64,000 nt of DNA, taken from positions 2,176,001 through 2,240,000 of the forward strand of contig OY761159.2 in NCBI GenBank assembly GCA_963664395.2, in the 5' to 3' direction. The translations under genes and the position numbers were made by a program. Below the pieces are notes generated by a model. It worked only from the letters and a program-made list of their open reading frames with translations, made no database searches and was not told the DNA's origin. Source of the stretch: Candidatus Binatia bacterium. Its GTDB lineage: Bacteria > Desulfobacterota > Binatia > Bin18. Below, piece after piece: positions 10,088 to 20,732 of this stretch (the stretch's first letter is position 1; every line of letters starts with the position of its first letter).

Positions 10088-10486
10088 ATGCTAAGTAAAA
10101 TGATTCTCTTTGCGGCCCTGCTCCTGGGCCTGAGAGCGTGTGCCCCGACCACGGCGCGATACCACATTCAACTACCGACAGACACCCAACTCTCGTGTGA
10201 CGAGCTATGGGAGGCTAGGCGCCAAGTGGCTCTCACAGGGATAGACGCCTATCAGAACGGGCACTCGGAGAGCGTACTAGACCTCAATCTCCGATTACGC
10301 TGGCTCAAGGGTTTGTATAAAGGGAAAGGGTGCCTGGAAGAAGAGCGGCTTGGGTGTCTCAGGCTAGACAGTTTTTCGCGCCAGCTAACCGGCTACTCGG
10401 TTGAGGAATACTTGAGTATATACGGGGTACCTCCCGATATGGATTACAGCGTCTTAGAGCGGTGCAGAAAAGTAACCGGGAATTGA
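10088..10486 (+). CDS. Putative Cys-rich lipoprotein of unknown function
   Basis: SD GGAG upstream; signal peptide MLSKMILFAALLLGLRA-C with lipobox-like LRAC; four further Cys. Confidence 0.6.
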   Translation: MLSKMILFAALLLGLRACAPTTARYHIQLPTDTQLSCDELWEARRQVALTGIDAYQNGHSESVLDLNLRLRWLKGLYKGKGCLEEERLGCLRLDSFSRQLTGYSVEEYLSIYGVPPDMDYSVLERCRKVTGN

Positions 10487-10492
10487 CGTTGA

Positions 10493-10508
10493 TATGTGTA
10501 GTTCAGTA
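10493..10508 (+). repeat. Direct repeat copy 2 (TATGTGTAGTTCAGTA)
   Basis: 15/16 identical to 10048-10063; lies 445 bp downstream of it. Confidence 0.8.
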
Positions 10509-10516
10509 CGCCCATC

Positions 10517-11542
10517 TTGAAACAGCATACTGCCTCGATGCCCACATCCTTCGCCGGCGTTGCCTTTGTCTTGTTCGGTCCCAAGCGCGTGTATGCTTCC
10601 GTTGAGAAAACAACGGAAGTGCTGGTCATTGTGGTCACGGTCGGCCTTGGTCTCGTGGCCTGTGTTGTTGGCAATACGGAAACGTGGGCAGAGCTGGGAC
10701 GCGGGATGCTGAATTTCCCGTTCAAGCATCCAGATATGCCGACGTATATTCTGTTCTCTTCGGTTGTTTTTGCTGGAGCTGGGGGTACCGCGAATCTCTT
10801 TTTCTCGTTCTATATTCGAGACAAAGGCTGGGGCATGGGCGCGCTTATGCCCAAAGTGGTGAATCCGCTCCGAGCGCAGGAGGACGTTGCTTCAGAGCAG
10901 GCGTTTCAGATTGACGCAACCGAGTCCAACCTTGCGCGCTGGCGTGAATGGTTCAGACATTTGTCTTGGGATCAAATGCTCTTTTTCTGGCTGCTCAACA
11001 CTTTTACCATTCTCTTGTTTATCTTTGGGGCGCTGGCGGTGCTGCATCCGCAAGGCATTGTACCAAGCCAAGAAATGCTGGTCTGGGAGGAAGCCGAAAT
11101 TTTAGGCAGCGTGGGAGGAGGACTCGGAAAAACCCTCTTTCTTTTAGTCGGGATCGCGTGTTTGTTCAGCACCCAACTAACGCTTATCGATGGGGTTGCC
11201 CGTACAGGCGCAGATATTCTGCACACCAACTATGCCTGGGCGCAAAAGAAGCCGCTGAGTTGGTGGTATGGCGTCATTGCCGTGGGCTGGATCGTACTCG
11301 GTACTTTCTTGACATACGTGTATGAAGGCCTGCCACCCATTCTCTTTTTAATGGGATCAGCGTTTTTTGGTGGGATTGCTATGGCCGTCTACACACCGCT
11401 GACACTGGTGGTCAATCGAAAACTGCTCCCGCCGGCGCTCCGGCCCGGTCCGGCGAAAACTGCTCTTCTTGTCGGAATTAGCTGTTTTTATATTATTTTT
11501 GCCGTCTTTTCGATTGTTCAGCTTGGACAGCAGCTATTATAA
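10517..11542 (+). pseudogene. Nramp-like/APC-superfamily membrane transporter, apparently N-terminally truncated
   Basis: Multiple TM segments with FAGAGG..N..YIRDKGWGMG and LFSTQL..DG..R; no N-terminal GPG-type TM1 region and no clear SD or ATG. Confidence 0.55.
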
Positions 11543-11572
11543 GAAAGGGCGCGGCATGCCGCGCCCTTTCTT
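11541..11572. terminator. Perfect 32-bp palindrome; likely bidirectional terminator with a REP-like core
   Basis: AAGAAAGGGCGCGGCA-TGCCGCGCCCTTTCTT between convergent genes. Confidence 0.75.
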
Positions 11573-11590
11573 GCTTGCTCAATTAAGAGT

Positions 11591-11908
11591 TTACACTTTT
11601 GCAGATAGCGTAAACGCGATAACCAGCGCGTAAATAGCCAGCGCCTCGATGAAGGCGATACCGATGATCATCGGGGTCTGGATGCGATCAGCCGCATTTG
11701 GGTTACGGCCAATGGACTCCATGGCGGCAGCCACCGCACGTCCCTGACCCAAGCCTGCGCCAACGGCAGCGATACCGATGCCAAGGCCGGCGGCAAGGGC
11801 AATCATTCCTCTTGAGGAATCGCCTGCTCCGTCAGCCGCGAGGGCAGCGCCAGCGGTTAGCAGCAGCATACATACTGCCAACACCCCAGTTACACATACT
11901 TTCTTCAT
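11591..11908 (-). CDS. atpE: ATP synthase F0 subunit c, with N-terminal extension
   Basis: AAGLGIGIAAVGAGLGQG, RNP loop, FIEALAIY; SD GGAG before ATG at 11908. Confidence 0.95.
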   Translation of the reverse strand: MKKVCVTGVLAVCMLLLTAGAALAADGAGDSSRGMIALAAGLGIGIAAVGAGLGQGRAVAAAMESIGRNPNAADRIQTPMIIGIAFIEALAIYALVIAFTLSAKV

Positions 11909-12036
11909 ACGTCCTACTCCTTTCATGTCCCGATGGCGAAATATAGAGTCTGCCTCCTCTTATCCTCCTCGCCGCTTCATACCCTTTTCGCCACGTAGAC
12001 AATGGGTTTTATTGCACTATTTCTCTTCTCTTTCCC

Positions 12037-12738
12037 CTAGTGATGCTCGCCATGGGCAACGGCCAAGGAGACGTACACCATGCTGAGCAGAGTAAAAACA
12101 AAAGCTTGTACGAGTGAAACAAACGCCCCAAGCGCGTAAAAGATGACCGGAATACCAATTTTCGTCAGATCCGTAAATATCTCTAAAACAACGTGGTCGC
12201 CGGTCATATTCCCAAAGAGTCGCAGGGAAAGAGAGAAGGGACGGACAAAATTGTCAATGAGTTCCAGCGGGATCATCAAAATGCCCAGCCACCAGATCGG
12301 GCCGACAAAATGCTTCAGGTAGGCAAGGCCCCGTTCTTGGAAGGCATAAAAATTATAGGCAACAAAGGAAAGGACGCCTAATGCGAGCGTCACGTTGAAA
12401 TTGCTCGTCGGCGGAGAAAACCCAGGTAAAAGCCCAGAGAGGTTTGAGACCAGAATAAAGAGGAAGAAACTGCCATACAGATGTATATATTTATGCGCTT
12501 GGTCGCCCAGTACGCCCTCGGCCATGTCAGACACGCCTTGGGTAAGGAGCTCGGCCATATTCCGAAAGGTCAGCGAGTCGTCGGGGACAGCCACATCGTC
12601 CGCGGCAGCCAACTGCCTCTTGGCCATGTAAGCAAAGGAAATAAGTATTGCGGAGATGATGAGGGACGTTGCGATATGACCGGGGAGAAGGTTGAGCCCA
12701 GGAATATGATCGACCCATAGAAAGAGATGATGTTCCAT
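12037..12738 (-). CDS. atpB: ATP synthase F0 subunit a
   Basis: PPTSNFNVT, RPFSLSLRLFGNM, VQAFVFTLLSMVY. Confidence 0.95.
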   Translation of the reverse strand: MEHHLFLWVDHIPGLNLLPGHIATSLIISAILISFAYMAKRQLAAADDVAVPDDSLTFRNMAELLTQGVSDMAEGVLGDQAHKYIHLYGSFFLFILVSNLSGLLPGFSPPTSNFNVTLALGVLSFVAYNFYAFQERGLAYLKHFVGPIWWLGILMIPLELIDNFVRPFSLSLRLFGNMTGDHVVLEIFTDLTKIGIPVIFYALGAFVSLVQAFVFTLLSMVYVSLAVAHGEHH

Positions 12739-12741
12739 AGA

Positions 12742-13146
12742 TTAGCGTGGGGTAAAGGGGTGTTCAGACTGCTCCTCTGATCTGCTCAGGCCGATTATCA
12801 TGCAGGCAATAAGCAGTAAAGGGACCCCCGCTACAAAACTCTTGGCATCAATAGGGTAATGAAAAAGAACAGCACTTAAAAGCAATAAATAAAATCCCGC
12901 TTTGGCAGCGAGCCACAGCGCAACATGAGTTTTACTGTTCAGACGTGAGTCCCCTGAACCCTGCGAATCGACTGAAGCGAGTGCAGAGCGGACAACTTTT
13001 TTGAGCAGCCAGAAATTGGCCTGCATCACTCCGCCGCCAAGTAAAAAGCTGGGCACATGAATAATTCCCGCTATCCCGCCTATAGCTGCACCAGCCCCAA
13101 CTAAAACAAGATTCAGGACTTCTATTTTCTCAATTGTCTTCTTCAC
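12742..13146 (-). CDS. atpI: ATP synthase protein I
   Basis: Four-TM protein directly upstream of atpB; SFLLGG..ANF motif. Confidence 0.75.
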   Translation of the reverse strand: MKKTIEKIEVLNLVLVGAGAAIGGIAGIIHVPSFLLGGGVMQANFWLLKKVVRSALASVDSQGSGDSRLNSKTHVALWLAAKAGFYLLLLSAVLFHYPIDAKSFVAGVPLLLIACMIIGLSRSEEQSEHPFTPR

Positions 13147-13384
13147 GAGCAGAAAGCCGCCGGAGAACGATTATCAGACGATATATCGCTCCTGCCATAC
13201 CAAAGATCACTCCAATGACCATGAGGAAAGGCGCTGTACCGAACCGGGTGTCCGCATAGTTTCCAATAAAGAGACCGGCGATAATGGCTCCGGCAAACTC
13301 AAACCCAAGCGCACCATACCTTCCGTAGGCGGCGAAAATATGATTGGAGGACACGTTTCCTCTTTGTGGACTTTTCTTAGCCAT
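13130..13384 (-). CDS. atpZ: AtpZ/AtpI-family two-TM protein
   Basis: LGFEFAGAIIAGLFIGNYADTRFGTAP pattern; first gene of the atp cluster. Confidence 0.75.
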   Translation of the reverse strand: MAKKSPQRGNVSSNHIFAAYGRYGALGFEFAGAIIAGLFIGNYADTRFGTAPFLMVIGVIFGMAGAIYRLIIVLRRLSAREEDN

Positions 13385-13389
13385 TTTGC

Positions 13390-14673
13390 TCAGCCACGGA
13401 TATTTTTAAGCACCGTCCTCGCGGCACGTAGGGTTTCTTGGATTTCGTCCTCGCCATGCGCCAGGGAAATAAAGGCGGATTCGAATTGAGAGGGGGGAAG
13501 GTATATGCCCTGCTCAATCATGCCGTGAAAGTAACTGGCGAACATTTTTGTATCGCTCTGGGTTGCGGTGTCATAGTCGCGAACGTGGTCTACCCCAAAG
13601 AAAACAGTGAACATCGAACCCATTTGGTTCACACAGGCTTTTATTTCAGTCTCACGAATGACATTGCGCAGTCCCTTGGCCAGCATGTCTCCAAGCATAT
13701 TCAGCCTCTCATAGGCTCCAGCAGCGTGAACGAGCTTTAACGTCTCAATCCCAGCGGTCACCGCCAACGGATTTCCGGACAGCGTCCCTGCTTGGTAGAC
13801 CCCCCCCAATGGAGCAAGCACGTCCATTATCGCCGCCTTTCCGCCAACCGCAGCCAATGGGAGGCCACCGCCCACGACTTTCCCTAAGCAGGTGAGATCC
13901 GGATCGATGTTGTAAATCTCTTGAACGCCGCCACGTGCTACACGGCAACCGGTCATCACCTCGTCAAAGATGAGCACAACACCCAACTCCCGGGTGAGTT
14001 CTCGTAGACCTTCAAGAAAGCCTTGCTCGGGCGGCACGAGGCCCATATTTCCAGGAACAGGCTCCAGTATGACAGCCGCCACCCCCTCCGGATCAGCCTC
14101 CAGGTACGCCCGTACACTAGAGAGATCATTGTACTCCGCCACAAGCGTCAGGCTGCTAAATGCCTCGGGAACGCCTTGACTGTCCGGGGTGCTGAACGTA
14201 AGCGCACCGGACCCGGCTCTCACCAGAAGCGCATCAGTATGACCGTGATAGCAACCAGAGAACTTGATGATCTTCGCCCGGCCTGTATAGCCACGGGCGA
14301 GACGCAGGGCGGTCATGGTCGCTTCTGTACCCGAGGAGGTCAGGCGGACTTTCTCGATTGACGGAATGGTCTGAGTAAGCGTTTTTGCCAGCTCAATCTC
14401 TTTTGCGGTTGGGGCACCAAAACTGGTCCCGTTCTTCACCACCCGCTCAAGTGCACCAACAACCCGCGGATGAGCATGTCCGGCTATTAAAGGTCCCCAA
14501 GAGCCGACATAGTCTATATACTCGCGCCCATCCGCATCAGTAACGCGACACCCTTTCCCGCGGTTGATAAAAAGAGGGTCACCACCAACGGCCCGCCACG
14601 CACGAACCGGGCTGTTCACTCCACCTGGGATATATTTTTGCGCTTCATTAAAGAGTTTTTGCGATGTTGACAT
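13390..14673 (-). CDS. hemL: Glutamate-1-semialdehyde 2,1-aminomutase
   Basis: IPGGVNSPVRA, SSGTEA, FDEVMTG, LGKVVGGGLP, YQAGTLSGNP. Confidence 0.96.
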   Translation of the reverse strand: MSTSQKLFNEAQKYIPGGVNSPVRAWRAVGGDPLFINRGKGCRVTDADGREYIDYVGSWGPLIAGHAHPRVVGALERVVKNGTSFGAPTAKEIELAKTLTQTIPSIEKVRLTSSGTEATMTALRLARGYTGRAKIIKFSGCYHGHTDALLVRAGSGALTFSTPDSQGVPEAFSSLTLVAEYNDLSSVRAYLEADPEGVAAVILEPVPGNMGLVPPEQGFLEGLRELTRELGVVLIFDEVMTGCRVARGGVQEIYNIDPDLTCLGKVVGGGLPLAAVGGKAAIMDVLAPLGGVYQAGTLSGNPLAVTAGIETLKLVHAAGAYERLNMLGDMLAKGLRNVIRETEIKACVNQMGSMFTVFFGVDHVRDYDTATQSDTKMFASYFHGMIEQGIYLPPSQFESAFISLAHGEDEIQETLRAARTVLKNIRG

Positions 14674-15019
14674 CTACATACACCCACGTATCAGTTCAGT
14701 CACTCTGGACTGTATCAAGCCAGACTTTCATTGAGATTTCCCCTGCTACCACCCGCCCACAAGAGAGTCAAGATAAAAGAGCTTTTCCATAAGAATATCG
14801 AATTTTCCCCCTCTCCCCATGTCTTCTGATAGAAATTGATAACAAAATGTGATGCCTTTACGCTTTTTTTTACGACCGACGTGTTCAGAAATAATTAAAA
14901 AAACAAATAGATACGAACCCCCTCGTTCAAGGCTATTGTTTTTCATATTATCACTTCGTGTTATGAATTGGATTTTATCTAGCGATATCCGCTGCTTTGG
15001 AAAAGTCTTGGTTTTTTTC

Positions 15020-15048
15020 TTGCGTTCTTTAGAGAAAAAGTTTAAGAC
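15020..15048 (+). promoter_or_regulatory. Candidate sigma70 promoter for dnaA
   Basis: TTGCGT-17bp-TAAGAC following an AT-rich upstream tract. Confidence 0.4.
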
Positions 15049-15194
15049 GCAAGGGTCCTATCCATTCTGGCCTGATAAATTTTAAGCGGCACACTGATCC
15101 GGGTAGATATGGGTCTTCTTCTCGTCCCCCTGACCATATGGTTGGTGAACAGGGTTCCCCCTAGGACGGAAGGCTAGACAGGGGGACAAATGCG

Positions 15195-15271
15195 TGTGGA
15201 TAACTCCTTTGCCGACAGATATTTCCTTAGTTTACAGAGGAAGTTATCGAGTTATCCACAGATGTGGATAA
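15195..15271. promoter_or_regulatory. Three perfect DnaA boxes upstream of dnaA
   Basis: TGTGGATAA at 15195, TTATCCACA at 15252, TGTGGATAA at 15263. Confidence 0.85.
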
Positions 15272-15302
15272 CCTCATACGTTGAGCGGTGTAGGGGTGTG
15301 GT

Positions 15303-16634
15303 ATGTATAGGGTGTGGGAACGGGTGTTGGGGATTGTTGAGGGAAAAGTAGGAAAGACGAATAGTGAAACCTGGCTCAAACCGATTCGGCCTCTTGGGCT
15401 ACAAGATGATATATTCCATCTTGAGGTACCAAGCGCGCTCTTTAAGGATTGGTTACTCAGTCATCTCGTCGGCCCTTTAGAAAACGCATTGACTGAGGTT
15501 CTTGGTCAGCCAACGCACCTCATATTGCATGTACAGGAAAAACCACAAGGAGAACTCTTCCTGGAAGAAGAGAAAAAACAAACAGCCGAGGAAAAGGGAA
15601 GAGGGGGAGGAAAGAAAAACGGACTCATCCAGAATTATACATTTTCCTCCTTTGTTGTCGGGGGCGGTAATCAGTTTGCTCATGCCGCGGCTAGGGCAGT
15701 CAGTAAACACCCAGGGAAAAGCTACAATCCGTTGTTCATTTATGGGGGAGTTGGGTTAGGAAAAACTCATCTCATCAATGCTATTGGTCATGAGACATCG
15801 GTAAGGAGGGGAGGAGACAATATTGTCTATCTTTCTTCAGAGTCCTTTACCAATGAATTGATCGTTCATATACGAAAGAACCGGATGACGGAATTTAAAA
15901 ATAAATTCCGTCGCGCAGATGTTCTTATTCTTGATGATGTGCAGTTCCTGTCTGGTCGTGAACGGACACAAGAAGAATTCTTTCATACCTTTAATTCTCT
16001 TCATGAGTCGAGTAAGCAGATTGTATTAACGTCCGATAAATTTCCAAATGAGATTGGCGGGCTAGAAGAGCGGTTACGAAACCGTTTTGAATGCGGATTG
16101 ATTGCTGACATTCAGCCACCCGACCTCGAGACGCGGGTAGCAATTCTGCAAAAGAAATCACGCGCAAAACGTATTTCCCTCCCCGACGATGTTGCCCTTT
16201 TTATTGCCTCTCATGTGACTTCAAATGTCCGAGAGCTTGAGGGAGGCCTGACGCGATTAGGCGCGCTGGCAGCCTTAAATCAGGCTGATATTACTGTCAA
16301 CTTTGCGCGACAGGCCCTCCAAAACTTAGTCACAGCTAAAGAAAAGGAAGTCTCGATTGAGACTGTACAGAAAACTGTAAGTAAGTATTTTAGTGTCAGC
16401 GTTGCTGATATTACCTCAAAAAAACGGACAAAGCTGGTTTTGTTTCCAAGACAGGTTAGTATGTTTCTCTGCCGCAAGCTCGCCGGCGCCTCCTACCCAA
16501 TGATTGGAATGCGATTTGGAGGGAAAGATCATACTACGGTTCTGCACGCCTGTAAAATAATTGAAAAGCGGTCCAAAAAGGACGAAGAGCTTCGTGATAT
16601 TATTAATAGAATAGAAATCATGATTTATGATTAG
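15303..16634 (+). CDS. dnaA: Chromosomal replication initiator DnaA
   Basis: YNPLFIYGGVGLGKTHL, LILDDVQF, TQEEFFHTFN, NVRELEG, FGGKDHTTVLHA. Confidence 0.98.
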   Translation: MYRVWERVLGIVEGKVGKTNSETWLKPIRPLGLQDDIFHLEVPSALFKDWLLSHLVGPLENALTEVLGQPTHLILHVQEKPQGELFLEEEKKQTAEEKGRGGGKKNGLIQNYTFSSFVVGGGNQFAHAAARAVSKHPGKSYNPLFIYGGVGLGKTHLINAIGHETSVRRGGDNIVYLSSESFTNELIVHIRKNRMTEFKNKFRRADVLILDDVQFLSGRERTQEEFFHTFNSLHESSKQIVLTSDKFPNEIGGLEERLRNRFECGLIADIQPPDLETRVAILQKKSRAKRISLPDDVALFIASHVTSNVRELEGGLTRLGALAALNQADITVNFARQALQNLVTAKEKEVSIETVQKTVSKYFSVSVADITSKKRTKLVLFPRQVSMFLCRKLAGASYPMIGMRFGGKDHTTVLHACKIIEKRSKKDEELRDIINRIEIMIYD

Positions 16635-16640
16635 GCTATC

Positions 16641-16925
16641 TGTGGATCTGTGGATAACCTGTGGATAACCTGTGGATAACCTGTGGATAACCTGTGGATA
16701 ACCTGTGGATAACCTGTGGATAACCTGTGGATAACCTGTGGATAACCTGTGGATAACCTGTGGAAAAGTTATCCACAGGTATAGCGAAGTTATCCACACC
16801 CCCTGTGGATAACTTTTCAAGAATAAACAGATACTTAACCCACTTATCCACATATCCACAGGCCCTACTACTACTAATATTACTCTTATATATAAATGAG
16901 TAGTAGAATAAGTAGTAGTATTAGT
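16641..16925. other. oriC: oriC core: DnaA-box array, tandem box pair, GGCC, DnaA-trios and AT-rich unwinding region
   Basis: dnaA-dnaN intergenic; 14 perfect boxes (10 tandem plus 16769, 16790, 16804, 16844); TTATCCACATATCCACA-GGCC-CTACTACTACTA followed by an AT-rich tract. Confidence 0.92.
16649..16767 (+). repeat. 11-bp tandem repeat TGTGGATAACC: 10 perfect units plus one degenerate box
   Basis: Boxes start at 16649, 16660 and so on to 16748; TGTGGAAAA at 16759. Confidence 0.95.
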
Positions 16926-16990
16926 GGGAAAAGTAAAAAGTGAAATAAGAGAAAAGACTATGGTTAATAAAAGGAAAAAAAGGAGGGTAT

Positions 16991-18145
16991 ATGGAATTCA
17001 GCGTCAGTAAAGAAGACCTCCTCCAGTGCCTATATCTGGTCCAAGGTGTTGTTGAAAAACGTTCCTCCCTCCCTATGCTCTCCCATGTTCTTATTGAATC
17101 TAGCCCTACAGAAGAGAAAGATGGAGGCATCTGTCTTGGAGCAACAGATCTTGAAATTGGAATCCGCCAACAATGTCAGGCAGAAGTAAAAGAGTCTGGA
17201 TCAATGACAGCGGATGCAAGAAAGCTGTACGAGATCATTCGTGAGCTGCCGTCCGGTCAAGTCCGCTTACGCTCAAGTGGAAACGGATGGGTGGAGGTCA
17301 AGAGCGGCAAGTCTCGGTTCCGGATCGCAAGTCTTGATCCCAAGGAGTTTCCCACGATAACAGCACAGAAGGAAAAGAAAGAGGAACCTCCTGCTTCATC
17401 CAACCAATTCCTCTCTTTATCTGGGCCAACCATGCGGGAGATGATCGAAAAAACCCTCTTTGCAACCTCACCGGACGAGACACGACTGAACCTCAGCGGT
17501 GTCTATCTTGAGACAGAGAAAGAGGGAAAGATTCGCATGGTCGCCAGTGATGGTCACCGCCTCTCTCTTATAGAAAAAGAAATGGACGCCTCTTCTGTAC
17601 CCGATTGGCCGAGCGTTATCCTTCCGAAAAAAGGCCTGATGGAAACACGGAAGCTTCTTGAACGGAGCGAAGGAACAATAGAGGTCTCCCTCAGCGACTC
17701 GGTGATGAACCTCAAGAAAGAAACAACGGAACTTTTTATGCGTCTGATAGAAGGGGATTTTCCTGACTACCAGCAAGTCGTTCCAAAGGATCATACGCAC
17801 CGCGTTAAATTTCTCCGAGATGATCTCCTCTTTGCGCTCCGTCGGGTTTTGATTCTGACAACAGAACGATCTCGGGGGGTGAAGTTGCAGTTCGGGAAGG
17901 ACAAGATCGATATTTCAGTCAATACTCCAGACGTTGGGGAAGGGACAGAGGAGATTACGGCTTCATACGCCGGAGATGGATTATCAATCGGGTTTAACGG
18001 AAGGTATTTGACAGAGGCATTGAATGTCATAGATGAAGGAGATTCTGTCGTCCTTCTTCTCAAAGATGAGATGAGTCCTGGGCTTCTCCAGACGGAAAAA
18101 AGCAGTGAATTTTCATATGTCATAATGCCTATGAAAATAAACTAA
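16991..18145 (+). CDS. dnaN: DNA polymerase III beta sliding clamp
   Basis: ATDLEI, ASDGHRL, RLIEGDFPDY, IGFNGRYL, YVIMPM; strong SD. Confidence 0.97.
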   Translation: MEFSVSKEDLLQCLYLVQGVVEKRSSLPMLSHVLIESSPTEEKDGGICLGATDLEIGIRQQCQAEVKESGSMTADARKLYEIIRELPSGQVRLRSSGNGWVEVKSGKSRFRIASLDPKEFPTITAQKEKKEEPPASSNQFLSLSGPTMREMIEKTLFATSPDETRLNLSGVYLETEKEGKIRMVASDGHRLSLIEKEMDASSVPDWPSVILPKKGLMETRKLLERSEGTIEVSLSDSVMNLKKETTELFMRLIEGDFPDYQQVVPKDHTHRVKFLRDDLLFALRRVLILTTERSRGVKLQFGKDKIDISVNTPDVGEGTEEITASYAGDGLSIGFNGRYLTEALNVIDEGDSVVLLLKDEMSPGLLQTEKSSEFSYVIMPMKIN

Positions 18146-18207
18146 TAGAAAGTCGTTTTAATAGCACCCATGGTTTACGTAAGATAAAGGAAATGCTAGG
18201 GTTTTAG

Positions 18208-20655
<2,448 letters not shown>

Positions 20656-20732
20656 TTCCACTAGGCCAGTAATGCCTGTCTTGTTTTAGACCCTTACGCT
20701 CACCGCTGTCATCAAAAAGGAATCTGCTCTGT

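Noticed and set aside
10048-10508. Integron gene cassette
   Set aside because: There is no attC-length imperfect palindrome after the ORF, no GTTRRRY/RYYYAAC pair and no intI.
11591-13384. Split ATP synthase operon as a novelty or a second (N-type) ATPase
   Set aside because: The two clusters are complementary, with one copy of each subunit. The atpZIBE / atpF'FHAGDC split is known in deltaproteobacterial lineages.
16649-16767. CRISPR array or iteron-type plasmid origin
   Set aside because: The units are contiguous 11-mers with no spacers, each is a DnaA box, and they lie between dnaA and dnaN; no cas or rep gene is present.
16416-16859. Minus-strand ORFs with repeated VIHRLSTGYPQ
   Set aside because: These are translation artefacts of the DnaA-box array.
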